From NCBI RefSeq assembly GCF_000026545.1, contig NC_011601.1: 64,000 nt of DNA; one strand, written 5' to 3'. Shown here piece by piece: positions 1-11,922 of this stretch. Position 1 is the stretch's first letter. Every line of letters starts with the position of its first letter. The position numbers were made by a program, and so were the translations under genes. This DNA is from Escherichia coli O127:H6 str. E2348/69 (GTDB lineage Bacteria > Pseudomonadota > Gammaproteobacteria > Enterobacterales > Enterobacteriaceae). Below the pieces are notes generated by a model. That model ran no database searches, was not told the origin of the DNA, and saw nothing but the letters and a program-made list of their open reading frames with translations.

Positions 1-950
1 CCGGGGTAAACATGCATTGCCGAAACGGTACATTTCTTTAACTGTTGGCGTAGTAAATCAAGTGCCGCTACCCACGCTTTTGCCGTCGGACGCGCGGTTG
101 CCACGCCACTTTCCGTGAATGCCTGCTGAAACATGGCTTCAACATCGCCCGGTAACATCGACAGCGGAATCGATCGTGGCGGCGGTTTTAAACCACGCCG
201 CTGATTATCTGACGCGTAGGCATAACGGAAATGAGCAATATCCGTCTCCAGCACATTCCCCGCATCAGAGATAAGCGGCACACCAGAATAAGGATGCCGC
301 CCACCAAACAAGACGTGAAAAATCAGCAACGCAAGGCCAAAATTATCGTGATTCGCGGTGCGTTCAAAGCCGACAAATGATGGCAAGGTTTGTAGCTCTG
401 GCGGCGTAAAATGCGACACGCCGACTTCGCATAAATGCAGCGTGCCATTGGCGTTGATCTGAAAGGAGTCGCTATCAATCAACACCACTTTGCTGTCGCG
501 ACCTACCATAAAGCTGTTCTGGTTTACGTCACCCACGACGTGCCCGTGCTCATGAACCGTAGCAAAAGATGAAGCAATATTGCGCGCAACATAGAGTAGA
601 AAATCCCACGCACAATGAGGGTAACTCTGGCGACGATGTGCCGGGCTATAGATCATATGAATCGGTTCTTTACCAGAAACTTTTGGCATCATAAAACCGA
701 TAACTTTTCCGCCTCGTCCACCGTGAAGCGTTGCCTGCGGCCAGGCGACATAATTCAACAACTGCGCGTCAGCTGTCGCAGCCATAAAGGCAAGTTTGTC
801 CTGTTTTAAGGCGGGTGGCGGCGTGTGATAAATCTTTGCGACACTATCGACAAACTCCTCGATATCATAAACCGCACCTTCGCCGCCTTTGCCCAGTTCA
901 CGGCCTGGCGTAACGCACTCACCAGTAGCAGTATATAAAGTGGGTTTCAT
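1..950 (-). CDS. yegI: Ser/Thr protein kinase-like protein YegI (partial, continues beyond window start)
   Basis: Minus-strand ATG at 948-950 gives [30 protein letters not shown]... (kinase glycine-rich loop); ATGA overlap with pphC stop; spot-translated as open toward position 1; not in ORF track because it is truncated by the window edge. Confidence 0.75.
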   Translation of the reverse strand, partial: MKPTLYTATGECVTPGRELGKGGEGAVYDIEEFVDSVAKIYHTPPPALKQDKLAFMAATADAQLLNYVAWPQATLHGGRGGKVIGFMMPKVSGKEPIHMIYSPAHRRQSYPHCAWDFLLYVARNIASSFATVHEHGHVVGDVNQNSFMVGRDSKVVLIDSDSFQINANGTLHLCEVGVSHFTPPELQTLPSFVGFERTANHDNFGLALLIFHVLFGGRHPYSGVPLISDAGNVLETDIAHFRYAYASDNQRRGLKPPPRSIPLSMLPGDVEAMFQQAFTESGVATARPTAKAWVAALDLLRQQLKKCTVSAMHVYP

Positions 951-1708
951 GGTAACCACATAGCCAGTGCCAACGTTTTATCATCATCCGTACGCTCGTT
1001 TACCGCCGGGCTGGACAAAAACTGCTTTAACAATTCAGGTAATAAATCGAGTTGTTCCTGCGTTGCTGACGCCAGTCCATTGAAAAACGGGGTAAAGAAA
1101 GGCACATGCGGAGAATTATCCAGCATATTTAACGCCAGTCGCTGAATACCATCCGTAAATGCTGCAACTTTATGCGCACGCTCAGTGCTGGTGAAAGTTT
1201 CCAGTCTGGAAACGGCATCTTCATCGGTAATGAAGTGCGTCATATTGGCATATTCACCCACCATCGGCGTGAGCGGCAGTTGCAAACCGTGACCCAAATC
1301 TACCACCACGCCGCCATCGCCAATCTGCATAATCAAGGTGCCATTAGCTGATGAAATCAATCCCAAAAACGTGCAGGCAAAATCGCGAACCGCTAATTCT
1401 TTGGCTTCCGCCTCGGCAAAAAGTCGCTGACGAATGGTCAGCACAATGTCCGTTGCGAGAACATCATTAAGCCCCAATTCCCCGCCCTGCACTTTTTGCG
1501 ACATATAAGCCATCGCTTCATTGACGGCGAGCATCGCACCTTCGCCTCCCTGCGAGGCGCTACCTGCGCCATCAGCGACAAATACCGACAATAATGGCTG
1601 CTGGTCATTTAACCAGGCAACCTGCATCTGGCAGGCATCCTGGCAAGGCAAGTCCGCGCTGATGTGCGACGTTCCAACGGCTGATGCATAGACCAGACGC
1701 CAGCTCAC
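947..1708 (-). CDS. pphC: PP2C-family protein phosphatase
   Basis: 253-aa ORF, PP2C-like motif [16 protein letters not shown], overlaps yegL stop by 4 nt. Confidence 0.85.
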   Translation of the reverse strand: MSWRLVYASAVGTSHISADLPCQDACQMQVAWLNDQQPLLSVFVADGAGSASQGGEGAMLAVNEAMAYMSQKVQGGELGLNDVLATDIVLTIRQRLFAEAEAKELAVRDFACTFLGLISSANGTLIMQIGDGGVVVDLGHGLQLPLTPMVGEYANMTHFITDEDAVSRLETFTSTERAHKVAAFTDGIQRLALNMLDNSPHVPFFTPFFNGLASATQEQLDLLPELLKQFLSSPAVNERTDDDKTLALAMWLP

Positions 1709-2364
1709 ACTGACGTCCAGCCTTTTGGCGCTTCCAGCACAACTTCCGTTCCCGGCGTGGAGCGGGAAACCGAACGCAGCGAACTGGATAACCAGCTAAA
1801 CAGTTCACGGAATTGTAACCCCTGCAGAGACAAAGGCTGACGGACGCTGATTTGAGCCAGCGTCTTCATATCCGCCCCCTGAACACCGATGGAAAAGAAG
1901 GCAAACTTCTTATCTTCTTCCCCCTGAAACACTTTGTTGGCGGCAGCCTGCCACTCATCGGTTGGTGCACCATCGGTGATCAGGAAAATCCACGGACGAT
2001 AATAGGAAATACCATTGGCACGATATTCACGTTTCCGCTCCTCAACCATATCCAGGGCTTTGGTAATGGCAGCGCCCATTGGTGTATCGCCCTGGGCAAA
2101 CAGGATGGGCGGGAAAAAATTAGCGGCGCTGGTAAAGGGTTGTTCCACATGCACCGGGCCGAACGTCACAATGCCGAGTTCCACTCTTTTTAAGGCCAGC
2201 GAATCGGCAAGCAGCTCATCGCGAAAGGTAATCAATCCGGCGTTAAGTTCATTAATGGGTCTGCCGCTCATCGAGCCAGAAACATCCAGCAGCAAAATGC
2301 AGGGGCAACGAGGTTCCGGGTTACTGGCAAAATCGCTGGTGGCAAACGTGATTTGTTCGCTCAT
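1705..2364 (-). CDS. yegL: von Willebrand factor A-domain protein
   Basis: 219-aa ORF with MIDAS-type motif [11 protein letters not shown]. Confidence 0.85.
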   Translation of the reverse strand: MSEQITFATSDFASNPEPRCPCILLLDVSGSMSGRPINELNAGLITFRDELLADSLALKRVELGIVTFGPVHVEQPFTSAANFFPPILFAQGDTPMGAAITKALDMVEERKREYRANGISYYRPWIFLITDGAPTDEWQAAANKVFQGEEDKKFAFFSIGVQGADMKTLAQISVRQPLSLQGLQFRELFSWLSSSLRSVSRSTPGTEVVLEAPKGWTSV

Positions 2365-2529
2365 AAGAAATCCTTTCTTAGAGTATTATTGAGATCCGGT
2401 ATCATACCGACTGCAATAATGAAATAAGAGCAAACGAAGAAACTTTCAGAATTAGGCCCGGCGGCGCAGAAAATTTTGCTATTCGCCTCGCAAGAACGAA
2501 GAGCCGTCGATTGACACTAAGGGCGGAGT

Positions 2530-2671
2530 GACATAATTTCAGGAGTGAGGGTAGAGCGGGGTTTCCCCCGCCCTGGTAGTCTTAGTAAGCTGGCCAGCTA
2601 ATGACTAAGAGCACCACAATGATGAGTAGCTTCATCATGACCCTTTCCTTATTTAAGGCCCCTTCCTCGGG
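2530..2671 (+). ncRNA. Sib-type antisense antitoxin RNA, approximate bounds; 3' end may be cut by the IS
   Basis: Inferred only from position antisense to the Ibs toxin ORF; ends not defined from sequence. Confidence 0.3.
2582..2638 (-). CDS. Ibs-family type I toxin peptide (18 aa, MMKLLIIVVLLVISWPAY)
   Basis: Minus-strand ATGATG start, hydrophobic 18-codon ORF ending TAA at 2582-2584, in the yegL-mdtA spacer where K-12 carries ibs/sib; too short for the ORF track. Confidence 0.7.
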   Translation of the reverse strand: MMKLLIIVVLLVISWPAY

Positions 2672-4221
2672 CTGTCTCTTATACACAAATCCCCACCCGG
2701 GGATTTGTGATGTCTGTCAGTCTGCTTTAGGGGGACTCTTTCCATCCGGTAGTTTCCTTCCTCCCCGGCAGCGATTTTTTGAACTTTTTCCTCACCCGTT
2801 GATCTTCTCTTATATTTCATTTTCTTCGGGTCTGTTATGGTACTTTCTGATTGTTATTCATGGGCTAACGAGCAGTTTGGACATGCCCGTCTCGGTGATC
2901 CGCGTCGTACACGACGCCTTGTGTCACTGGCCTCTTCTCTCGCTCAGCATGCAGGTCTTTCTATTGTGAAATCATCCCAGTCCACTGCTCAGGTTGAAGG
3001 TGCGTACCGCCTGATACGTAACCCGTCTGTGTCCCCGCAAGCCATTGCCGAAGCCGGATTTACCGCCACTGTAAGGGCATGTGAGGCTCATCCGCTGCTC
3101 CTCGCGCTGGAAGACACCACCACCATTAACTTCAGTCACAGTACGGCATCTGATGACCTGGGGAATACCACCACTAACCCGAAGACGCGCGGGCTGCTGG
3201 CTCACTCTGTCCTGATGTACGCCCCCGACAGCGCCCTGCCAGTCGGTCTTATCGAACAGCAGCGCTGGAGTCGTGCCACGGACACCTACGGTGTTAAGCA
3301 CCAGCGAAAAGAACGTCCCTATGAAGAAAAAGAAAGTTACCGCTGGCAGCAGGCTTCGGAGCGCATGGCCGAACGGCTGGGGGAGATACAGAAACGGGTA
3401 ATCACTGTCTGTGACCGGGAAGCGGATATCTGGCATTACCTGCATTATAAAGTCAGCCACGGGCAGCGCTTCGTGGTGCGTGCAGCACAGAATCGCCGGC
3501 TGGAAGAAGCACCCGGCAAGCTCTTCGAACTGCCGGAAGTCCTGGCAACCGCGGGAAGCCACACGCTGAATGTGATGCAAAAAGGCGGGCGGGCAGCCCG
3601 CCAGGCCCGGATGTTCATCAGTTACAGCGAAGTCAGCATAAAAAATCCCGACAACAGCGGCCAGGCGCTCCCGCTCACGTATGTCTGTTGCCGGGAGCAG
3701 GCAGAGGACGGCGCCTGCTGGCATCTGCTGACGTCAGAAAAAGTGGCGAGTGCCGCCGATGCGCGACGTATCGTCAGCCATTACGAGCGACGCTGGCTGA
3801 TAGAGGAATACCACAAGGCGTGGAAAAGTGGTGGTACATGTGTGGAATCGCTGCGAATGCAGACCCGGGATAACCTCGAGCGCATGGTGGTTATCAAGGC
3901 GTTTATCGCGGTGCGGGTGCTGGGCCTGCGGCAGGGCGGTATCAGTGAAGAAACACAAAATGACAGCTGTGAGAAAATACTGACGCCGACAGAGTGGAAA
4001 CTGCTGTGGGTTAAGCTGGAAGGAAAACCGCTTCCGTCACAGATGCCGACACTGAAATGGGCCTGTCTGAAACTGGCGAAACTGGGGCGATGGCATGACA
4101 GCAAACGCACCGGTCGCCCCGGTTGGGTAGTCATGTGGGATGGCTGGTTCAGACTTCAGGATATGGTTGAGGGTTACCTGGTGATGAAGTCTCTTGATCA
4201 GGAGATCTGATCAAGAGACAG
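2672..4221 (+). mobile_element. IS50/Tn5-like insertion sequence (IS4 family), copy 1, 1550 bp
   Basis: Ends CTGTCTCTTATACACAAAT (left, Tn5 outside-end-like) and CTGTCTCTTGATCAGATCT (right, inverted; identical to Tn5 inside end); flanked by 8/9-bp direct repeat tcctcggg; carries the 457-aa transposase. Confidence 0.9.
2837..4210 (+). CDS. IS50/Tn5-like DDE transposase (457 aa)
   Basis: N-terminus ...GDPRRTRRLV...EGAYRLIRNPSVS and C-terminal ...YERRWLIEEYHKAWKSG...DSKRTG motifs recall Tn5 Tnp; identical to the copy at 44194-45567. Confidence 0.9.
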   Translation: MVLSDCYSWANEQFGHARLGDPRRTRRLVSLASSLAQHAGLSIVKSSQSTAQVEGAYRLIRNPSVSPQAIAEAGFTATVRACEAHPLLLALEDTTTINFSHSTASDDLGNTTTNPKTRGLLAHSVLMYAPDSALPVGLIEQQRWSRATDTYGVKHQRKERPYEEKESYRWQQASERMAERLGEIQKRVITVCDREADIWHYLHYKVSHGQRFVVRAAQNRRLEEAPGKLFELPEVLATAGSHTLNVMQKGGRAARQARMFISYSEVSIKNPDNSGQALPLTYVCCREQAEDGACWHLLTSEKVASAADARRIVSHYERRWLIEEYHKAWKSGGTCVESLRMQTRDNLERMVVIKAFIAVRVLGLRQGGISEETQNDSCEKILTPTEWKLLWVKLEGKPLPSQMPTLKWACLKLAKLGRWHDSKRTGRPGWVVMWDGWFRLQDMVEGYLVMKSLDQEI

Positions 4222-4403
4222 TCCTCGGGAGGGGTTTTCCCGTTTCAGCGTCCCGCTGAAATCATCGGCTTACCTCCTTTCGCCATGCACGTAGTCTATC
4301 GCTAACGCGTAGATAAAATAGTTTCATGTGTTATTACTGGATGCGTGCTCGCAAATGTGCCCGCCATTCAGACGATTCCCGATAGTGTTTCATAATTCCT
4401 CCA

Positions 4404-4421
4404 TTTTTCTCCCTTATTGGC
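4404..4421 (+). promoter_or_regulatory. BaeR box upstream of mdtA
   Basis: TTTTTCTCCCTTATTGGC matches the BaeR consensus TTTTTCTCCATDATTGGC, about 55 bp upstream of the mdtA start. Confidence 0.6.
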
Positions 4422-4474
4422 TGGCTACACTAGTATCATTCCGCGAAACGTTTCAGGAAGAGAAACTCTTAACG

Positions 4475-5722
4475 ATGAAAGGCAGTTATAAATCCCGTTG
4501 GGTAATCGTAATCGTGGTGGTTATCGCCGCCATCGCCGCATTCTGGTTCTGGCAAGGCCGCAATGACTCCCGGAGTGCAGCCCCAGGGGCGACGAAACAA
4601 GCGCAGCAATCGCCAGCGGGTGGTCGCCGTGGTATGCGTTCCGGCCCATTAGCCCCGGTTCAGGCGGCGACCGCCGTAGAACAGGCAGTTCCGCGTTACC
4701 TCACCGGGCTTGGCACCATTACCGCCGCTAATACCGTTACGGTGCGCAGCCGCGTGGACGGCCAACTGATAGCGTTACATTTCCAGGAAGGCCAGCAGGT
4801 CAAAGCAGGCGATTTACTGGCAGAAATTGACCCCAGCCAGTTCAAAGTTGCATTAGCACAAGCCCAGGGCCAACTGGCAAAAGATAAAGCCACGCTTGCC
4901 AACGCCCGCCGTGACCTGGCGCGTTATCAGCAACTGGCAAAAACCAATCTCGTATCTCGTCAGGAACTGGATGCCCAACAAGCGCTGGTCAGTGAAACCG
5001 AAGGCACCATTAAGGCTGATGAAGCAAGCGTCGCCAGCGCGCAGCTGCAACTCGACTGGAGCCGTATCACCGCACCAGTTGATGGTCGCGTTGGTCTCAA
5101 GCAGGTTGATGTTGGTAACCAAATCTCCAGTGGCGACACCACCGGGATTGTGGTGATCACCCAAACACATCCTATCGATCTGGTCTTTACTTTGCCGGAA
5201 AGCGATATCGCCACCGTTGTACAGGCACAAAAAGCCGGAAAACCGCTGGTGGTAGAAGCCTGGGATCGCACCAACTCGAAGAAGTTAAGTGAAGGCACGC
5301 TGTTAAGCCTTGATAACCAAATCGATGCCACTACCGGTACGATTAAAGTGAAAGCACGCTTTAATAATCAGGATGATGCGCTGTTTCCCAATCAGTTTGT
5401 TAACGCGCGCATGTTAGTCGACACAGAGCAAAACGCTGTGGTGATCCCAACAGCCGCCCTGCAAATGGGCAATGAAGGCCATTTTGTCTGGGTGCTGAAT
5501 AGCGAAAACAAGGTCAGCAAACATCTGGTGACGCCGGGCATTCAGGACAGTCAGAAAGTGGTGATCCGCGCAGGTATTTCTGCGGGCGACCGCGTAGTGA
5601 CAGACGGCATTGATCGCCTGACCGAAGGGGCGAAAGTGGAAGTAGTGGAAGCCCAGAGCGCCACCACTCCGGAAGAGAAAGCCACCAGCCGCGAATACGC
5701 GAAAAAAGGAGCACGCTCCTGA
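4475..5722 (+). CDS. mdtA: RND efflux membrane fusion protein MdtA
   Basis: 415-aa reading from [16 protein letters not shown] (ATG 4475, preceded by the BaeR box); the 464-aa track ORF is an upstream in-frame extension. Confidence 0.92.
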   Translation: MKGSYKSRWVIVIVVVIAAIAAFWFWQGRNDSRSAAPGATKQAQQSPAGGRRGMRSGPLAPVQAATAVEQAVPRYLTGLGTITAANTVTVRSRVDGQLIALHFQEGQQVKAGDLLAEIDPSQFKVALAQAQGQLAKDKATLANARRDLARYQQLAKTNLVSRQELDAQQALVSETEGTIKADEASVASAQLQLDWSRITAPVDGRVGLKQVDVGNQISSGDTTGIVVITQTHPIDLVFTLPESDIATVVQAQKAGKPLVVEAWDRTNSKKLSEGTLLSLDNQIDATTGTIKVKARFNNQDDALFPNQFVNARMLVDTEQNAVVIPTAALQMGNEGHFVWVLNSENKVSKHLVTPGIQDSQKVVIRAGISAGDRVVTDGIDRLTEGAKVEVVEAQSATTPEEKATSREYAKKGARS

Positions 5723-8700
5723 TGCAGGTGTTACCCCCGAGCAGCACAGGCGGCCCGTCGCGCCTGTTTATTATGCGTCCTGTCGCCACCACGCTGCTGA
5801 TGGTGGCGATCTTACTCGCCGGGATTATCGGTTATCAAGCCCTGCCCGTTTCGGCGCTGCCGGAAGTGGACTATCCGACCATTCAGGTAGTCACGCTCTA
5901 CCCAGGTGCGAGCCCGGATGTCATGACCTCTGCCGTTACCGCGCCGCTTGAACGCCAGTTTGGGCAGATGTCTGGCCTGAAACAGATGTCGTCGCAAAGT
6001 TCCGGCGGTGCGTCAGTTATCACTTTGCAGTTCCAGCTAACATTACCGCTCGATGTCGCCGAGCAGGAAGTGCAGGCTGCGATTAACGCTGCGACCAACT
6101 TGTTGCCGAGCGATCTGCCTAACCCGCCGGTTTACAGCAAAGTGAACCCGGCAGATCCGCCGATCATGACGCTCGCTGTCACCTCAACCGCCATGCCGAT
6201 GACGCAAGTGGAAGATATGGTGGAAACCCGCGTCGCGCAGAAAATCTCGCAGATTTCCGGCGTCGGCCTGGTGACACTTTCCGGCGGTCAGCGTCCGGCT
6301 GTTCGCGTCAAACTTAACGCTCAGGCGATTGCCGCCCTCGGCCTGACCAGCGAAACCGTGCGCACCGCCATTACCGGCGCTAACGTCAACTCGGCAAAAG
6401 GTAGCCTCGACGGCCCTTCTCGTGCGGTTACGCTTTCCGCGAACGACCAGATGCAATCCGCCGAAGAGTATCGCCAGCTAATCATCGCCTACCAGAACGG
6501 CGCGCCGATTCGTCTGGGCGATGTCGCAACCGTAGAGCAAGGTGCAGAAAACAGCTGGCTTGGCGCATGGGCTAACAAAGAACAGGCCATTGTGATGAAT
6601 GTTCAGCGCCAGCCCGGTGCTAACATTATCTCCACCGCCGACAGCATTCGGCAGATGCTGCCACAGCTCACCGAGAGTCTGCCGAAATCGGTGAAGGTGA
6701 CGGTACTTTCTGACCGTACCACCAATATTCGCGCATCCGTGGATGATACTCAGTTTGAATTGATGATGGCTATCGCGCTGGTAGTCATGATTATCTATCT
6801 GTTTTTGCGTAATATTCCGGCGACCATCATTCCCGGCGTCGCAGTGCCGCTGTCGTTAATCGGCACCTTCGCGGTCATGGTGTTTCTCGATTTTTCAATC
6901 AATAACCTGACGCTGATGGCGTTAACTATCGCCACCGGATTTGTGGTCGATGACGCCATCGTGGTGATCGAAAACATTTCCCGCTATATCGAAAAAGGCG
7001 AAAAACCGCTGGCGGCGGCGCTCAAAGGCGCAGGTGAAATCGGTTTTACCATTATCTCGCTGACCTTCTCGCTGATTGCAGTGCTGATCCCGCTACTGTT
7101 TATGGGCGATATCGTCGGGCGACTGTTCCGCGAATTTGCTATTACTCTGGCAGTCGCGATTTTGATCTCAGCCGTGGTGTCGCTGACCCTGACACCAATG
7201 ATGTGCGCGCGGATGCTCAGCCAGGAGTCGCTGCGTAAACAGAACCGCTTCTCCCGTGCCTCGGAAAAAATGTTCGAAAGGATAATCGCCGCCTATGGTC
7301 AGGGACTTGCGAAAGTGCTGAATCATCCGTGGCTGACCTTAAGCGTGGCACTCAGCACGCTGCTGCTTAGTGTTCTCTTGTGGGTGTTCATTCCGAAAGG
7401 TTTCTTCCCGGTACAGGACAACGGCATTATTCAGGGCACTTTGCAGGCACCGCAATCCAGCTCCTTTGCCAATATGGCCCAGCGGCAACGCCAGGTCGCG
7501 GATGTGATTTTGCAAGATCCGGCGGTGCAAAGTCTGACCTCATTTGTTGGCGTTGATGGCACTAACCCGTCGCTGAACAGTGCGCGTTTGCAGATCAACC
7601 TCAAACCGTTGGATGAACGTGATGATCGGGTGCAAAAAGTCATCGCCCGTCTGCAAACGGCGGTGGATAAAGTGCCGGGCGTCGATCTCTTCCTGCAACC
7701 AACGCAGGACCTGACCATCGATACTCAGGTCAGCCGCACCCAGTACCAGTTTACCTTGCAGGCCACGTCACTGGATGCGCTCAGTACCTGGGTGCCACAG
7801 TTGATGGAAAAACTCCAGCAACTGCCACAGCTTTCTGATGTCTCCAGCGACTGGCAGGACAAAGGGCTGGTGGCGTATGTCAATGTTGATCGCGACAGCG
7901 CCAGCCGTCTGGGGATCAGCATGGCGGACGTCGATAACGCCCTTTACAACGCGTTTGGTCAGCGACTGATTTCCACTATTTATACTCAGGCCAACCAGTA
8001 TCGCGTGGTGCTGGAGCACAACACCGAAAATACTCCTGGGCTTGCGGCGCTGGATACTATTCGCCTGACCAGCAGCGACGGCGGCGTGGTACCGCTAAGC
8101 TCAATTGCCAAAATTGAGCAGCGTTTTGCGCCGCTTTCCATCAACCATCTGGATCAGTTCCCGGTAACGACCATCTCCTTTAACGTGCCGGATAACTATT
8201 CGCTGGGCGATGCGGTGCAGGCGATTATGGACACCGAAAAGACGCTGAATCTGCCGGTGGATATCACCACGCAGTTCCAGGGCAGCACCCTCGCCTTCCA
8301 GTCGGCGTTGGGCAGCACTGTCTGGCTGATTGTCGCGGCGGTGGTGGCGATGTATATCGTGCTCGGCATTCTGTACGAGAGCTTTATTCACCCGATCACC
8401 ATTCTCTCGACGCTACCCACCGCAGGGGTCGGCGCACTGCTGGCGTTACTGATTGCCGGTAGCGAGCTGGATGTGATTGCGATTATCGGCATTATTTTGC
8501 TGATCGGTATCGTGAAGAAGAACGCCATCATGATGATCGACTTCGCGCTGGCTGCTGAGCGCGAGCAAGGCATGTCGCCGCGCGATGCAATCTACCAGGC
8601 TTGTCTGTTGCGTTTTCGTCCGATCCTGATGACCACCCTGGCGGCTCTGCTTGGCGCGCTGCCGCTGATGTTGAGTACCGGGGTCGGCGCGGAACTGCGT

Positions 8701-8844
8701 CGTCCGTTAGGTATCGGCATGGTCGGCGGTCTGATTGTCAGCCAGGTGCTGACGCTGTTCACCACGCCGGTGATTTATCTGCTATTCGACCGCCTGGCAT
8801 TGTGGACCAAAAGCCGCTTTGCTCGTCATGAAGAGGAGGCGTAA
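5722..8844 (+). CDS. mdtB: RND multidrug efflux transporter MdtB
   Basis: 1040-aa ORF, 12-TM RND architecture, start overlaps mdtA stop. Confidence 0.95.
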   Translation: MQVLPPSSTGGPSRLFIMRPVATTLLMVAILLAGIIGYQALPVSALPEVDYPTIQVVTLYPGASPDVMTSAVTAPLERQFGQMSGLKQMSSQSSGGASVITLQFQLTLPLDVAEQEVQAAINAATNLLPSDLPNPPVYSKVNPADPPIMTLAVTSTAMPMTQVEDMVETRVAQKISQISGVGLVTLSGGQRPAVRVKLNAQAIAALGLTSETVRTAITGANVNSAKGSLDGPSRAVTLSANDQMQSAEEYRQLIIAYQNGAPIRLGDVATVEQGAENSWLGAWANKEQAIVMNVQRQPGANIISTADSIRQMLPQLTESLPKSVKVTVLSDRTTNIRASVDDTQFELMMAIALVVMIIYLFLRNIPATIIPGVAVPLSLIGTFAVMVFLDFSINNLTLMALTIATGFVVDDAIVVIENISRYIEKGEKPLAAALKGAGEIGFTIISLTFSLIAVLIPLLFMGDIVGRLFREFAITLAVAILISAVVSLTLTPMMCARMLSQESLRKQNRFSRASEKMFERIIAAYGQGLAKVLNHPWLTLSVALSTLLLSVLLWVFIPKGFFPVQDNGIIQGTLQAPQSSSFANMAQRQRQVADVILQDPAVQSLTSFVGVDGTNPSLNSARLQINLKPLDERDDRVQKVIARLQTAVDKVPGVDLFLQPTQDLTIDTQVSRTQYQFTLQATSLDALSTWVPQLMEKLQQLPQLSDVSSDWQDKGLVAYVNVDRDSASRLGISMADVDNALYNAFGQRLISTIYTQANQYRVVLEHNTENTPGLAALDTIRLTSSDGGVVPLSSIAKIEQRFAPLSINHLDQFPVTTISFNVPDNYSLGDAVQAIMDTEKTLNLPVDITTQFQGSTLAFQSALGSTVWLIVAAVVAMYIVLGILYESFIHPITILSTLPTAGVGALLALLIAGSELDVIAIIGIILLIGIVKKNAIMMIDFALAAEREQGMSPRDAIYQACLLRFRPILMTTLAALLGALPLMLSTGVGAELRRPLGIGMVGGLIVSQVLTLFTTPVIYLLFDRLALWTKSRFARHEEEA

Positions 8845-11800
8845 GTGAAGTTTTTTGCCCTCTTCATTTACCGCCCGGTGGCGACGATTTTACTGTCGGT
8901 CGCCATTACCCTGTGCGGCATACTGGGCTTCCGTATGCTGCCGGTCGCCCCACTGCCGCAGGTCGATTTTCCGGTGATTATGGTCAGCGCCTCGCTGCCC
9001 GGTGCGTCACCAGAAACAATGGCGTCTTCCGTTGCCACGCCGCTGGAACGTTCGCTTGGGCGCATTGCCGGGGTTAGTGAAATGACCTCCAGTAGTTCGC
9101 TCGGCAGCACGCGCATTATTTTGCAGTTTGATTTTGACCGCGATATCAACGGCGCAGCGCGTGATGTGCAGGCGGCGATCAACGCTGCACAAAGTTTGCT
9201 GCCCAGTGGGATGCCCAGCCGTCCGACCTATCGCAAAGCGAACCCGTCGGATGCGCCAATTATGATCCTCACGCTGACATCCGATACTTATTCGCAGGGT
9301 GAACTGTACGATTTCGCCTCGACGCAGTTGGCTCCGACGATTTCGCAAATCGACGGTGTCGGTGATGTCGATGTTGGCGGCAGCTCGCTGCCCGCCGTAC
9401 GCGTCGGGCTGAATCCTCAGGCGCTGTTTAATCAGGGCGTCTCGCTGGACGACGTACGCACCGCCATCAGCAATGCCAACGTGCGTAAACCGCAGGGGGC
9501 GCTGGAAGATGGTACTCACCGCTGGCAGATCCAGACTAACGATGAACTGAAAACCGCCGCTGAATATCAGCCGCTGATTATTCATTACAACAACGGCGGC
9601 GCGGTTCGTCTGGGCGATGTGGCGACGGTGACCGACTCTGTACAAGATGTACGTAACGCCGGGATGACCAACGCCAAACCGGCTATTTTGCTGATGATCC
9701 GCAAGCTGCCGGAAGCCAATATTATCCAGACGGTAGACAGCATCCGCGCCCGTCTGCCGGAATTACAATCCACCATTCCGGCGGCGATTGATCTGCAAAT
9801 TGCCCAGGATCGCTCCCCTACTATCCGCGCGTCGCTGGAAGAGGTTGAGCAGACGCTGATTATCTCGGTGGCGCTGGTGATTCTGGTGGTGTTTTTGTTC
9901 CTGCGTTCGGGTCGCGCCACCATTATTCCCGCCGTTGCGGTGCCGGTTTCGCTGATTGGTACGTTTGCGGCGATGTACCTGTGTGGTTTCAGTCTCAATA
10001 ATCTTTCGTTAATGGCGCTCACCATCGCCACTGGCTTTGTGGTGGATGACGCCATCGTGGTGCTGGAAAACATTGCCCGTCATCTGGAGGCGGGGATGAA
10101 ACCGTTACAGGCCGCGCTGCAAGGTACTCGCGAAGTCGGCTTTACGGTGCTGTCGATGAGTCTGTCACTGGTGGCGGTGTTCCTGCCGCTGCTGTTGATG
10201 GGCGGATTGCCGGGTCGCCTGTTACGCGAGTTTGCCGTGACGCTTTCTGTCGCCATTGGTATTTCGCTGCTGGTTTCCCTGACGTTAACGCCGATGATGT
10301 GCGGCTGGATGCTAAAAGCCAGCAAGCCGCGCGAGCAAAAGCGACTGCGTGGCTTTGGTCGCATGTTGGTAGCCCTGCAACAAGGCTATGGCAAGTCGCT
10401 GAAATGGGTGCTCAATCATACCCGTCTGGTGGGCGTGGTGCTGCTTGGCACCATTGCGCTGAATATCTGGCTGTATATCTCGATCCCGAAAACCTTCTTC
10501 CCGGAGCAGGACACCGGCGTACTGATGGGTGGGATACAGGCTGACCAGAGTATTTCGTTTCAGGCGATGCGCGGTAAGTTGCAGGACTTCATGAAAATTA
10601 TCCGTGACGATCCGGCGGTGGATAATGTCACCGGCTTTACCGGCGGTTCACGGGTGAACAGTGGAATGATGTTTATCACCCTTAAACCACGCGGCGAGCG
10701 GAGCGAAACGGCCCAACAGATTATCGATCGCTTGCGTAAAAAACTGGCTAAAGAACCGGGAGCGAATCTGTTCCTGATGGCGGTACAGGATATTCGCGTT
10801 GGCGGACGTCAGGCTAACGCCAGTTACCAGTACACGTTGTTATCCGACGACCTGGCGGCACTGCGCGAATGGGAGCCGAAAATCCGCAAAAAACTGGCGA
10901 CATTGCCAGAGCTGGCTGATGTTAACTCCGATCAGGAAGATAATGGCGCGGAGATGAACCTTATTTACGATCGCGACACCATGGCGCGACTGGGAATTGA
11001 CGTGCAAGCCGCCAACAGCCTGTTAAATAACGCCTTCGGTCAGCGGCAAATCTCGACCATTTACCAGCCGATGAACCAGTACAAAGTGGTGATGGAAGTT
11101 GATCCGCGCTATACCCAGGACATCAGTGCACTGGAAAAAATGTTCGTTATCAATAACGAAGGAAAAGCGATCCCGCTGTCATATTTCGCTAAATGGCAAC
11201 CGGCGAACGCTCCACTGTCGGTGAATCATCAGGGATTATCGGCGGCCTCGACCATTTCGTTCAACCTGCCGACCGGGAAATCGCTCTCGGACGCCAGTGC
11301 GGCGATCGATCGCGCAATGACCCAGCTTGGTGTGCCTTCGACGGTGCGCGGCAGTTTTGCCGGAACAGCGCAGGTGTTCCAGGAGACGATGAACTCACAG
11401 GTGATCCTGATTATCGCCGCCATCGCCACGGTATATATCGTACTGGGTATCCTTTACGAGAGTTATGTGCATCCACTGACGATTCTCTCCACCCTACCCT
11501 CGGCGGGCGTCGGAGCGCTGTTGGCGCTGGAGCTGTTCAATGCCCCGTTCAGCCTAATTGCGCTGATAGGGATCATGTTATTAATCGGCATCGTGAAGAA
11601 AAACGCCATTATGATGGTCGATTTTGCACTTGAAGCCCAACGGCACGGTAACCTGACGCCGCAGGAAGCTATTTTCCAGGCCTGTCTGCTGCGTTTTCGC
11701 CCGATTATGATGACTACCCTGGCGGCGCTGTTTGGTGCGCTGCCGCTGGTATTGTCGGGCGGTGACGGCTCGGAGTTGCGGCAACCATTGGGGATCACCA

Positions 11801-11922
11801 TTGTCGGCGGTCTGGTCATGAGCCAGCTTCTGACGCTGTATACCACGCCGGTGGTGTATCTCTTTTTCGACCGTCTGCGGCTGCGTTTTTCGCGTAAACC
11901 TAAACAAGCGGTAACCGAGTAA
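8845..11922 (+). CDS. mdtC: RND multidrug efflux transporter MdtC
   Basis: 1025-aa ORF, GTG start immediately after mdtB stop, RND paralog of MdtB. Confidence 0.95.
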   Translation: MKFFALFIYRPVATILLSVAITLCGILGFRMLPVAPLPQVDFPVIMVSASLPGASPETMASSVATPLERSLGRIAGVSEMTSSSSLGSTRIILQFDFDRDINGAARDVQAAINAAQSLLPSGMPSRPTYRKANPSDAPIMILTLTSDTYSQGELYDFASTQLAPTISQIDGVGDVDVGGSSLPAVRVGLNPQALFNQGVSLDDVRTAISNANVRKPQGALEDGTHRWQIQTNDELKTAAEYQPLIIHYNNGGAVRLGDVATVTDSVQDVRNAGMTNAKPAILLMIRKLPEANIIQTVDSIRARLPELQSTIPAAIDLQIAQDRSPTIRASLEEVEQTLIISVALVILVVFLFLRSGRATIIPAVAVPVSLIGTFAAMYLCGFSLNNLSLMALTIATGFVVDDAIVVLENIARHLEAGMKPLQAALQGTREVGFTVLSMSLSLVAVFLPLLLMGGLPGRLLREFAVTLSVAIGISLLVSLTLTPMMCGWMLKASKPREQKRLRGFGRMLVALQQGYGKSLKWVLNHTRLVGVVLLGTIALNIWLYISIPKTFFPEQDTGVLMGGIQADQSISFQAMRGKLQDFMKIIRDDPAVDNVTGFTGGSRVNSGMMFITLKPRGERSETAQQIIDRLRKKLAKEPGANLFLMAVQDIRVGGRQANASYQYTLLSDDLAALREWEPKIRKKLATLPELADVNSDQEDNGAEMNLIYDRDTMARLGIDVQAANSLLNNAFGQRQISTIYQPMNQYKVVMEVDPRYTQDISALEKMFVINNEGKAIPLSYFAKWQPANAPLSVNHQGLSAASTISFNLPTGKSLSDASAAIDRAMTQLGVPSTVRGSFAGTAQVFQETMNSQVILIIAAIATVYIVLGILYESYVHPLTILSTLPSAGVGALLALELFNAPFSLIALIGIMLLIGIVKKNAIMMVDFALEAQRHGNLTPQEAIFQACLLRFRPIMMTTLAALFGALPLVLSGGDGSELRQPLGITIVGGLVMSQLLTLYTTPVVYLFFDRLRLRFSRKPKQAVTE

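Noticed and set aside
615-809. 64-aa plus-strand ORF
   Set aside because: Lies inside and antisense to the yegI kinase coding region.
2972-4134. Long antisense ORFs inside the IS transposase (250 aa, 117 aa, 74 aa), mirrored in copy 2
   Set aside because: They lie entirely within and opposite the transposase gene with no start context; treated as shadow ORFs.
4328-4474. Upstream in-frame extension of mdtA (464-aa track ORF); similar extensions for rcnB, fbaB, gatY, apbC, metG and yegP
   Set aside because: The extensions run through promoter or operator sequence and lack ribosome-binding sites; the downstream Met matches the expected N-terminus in each case.
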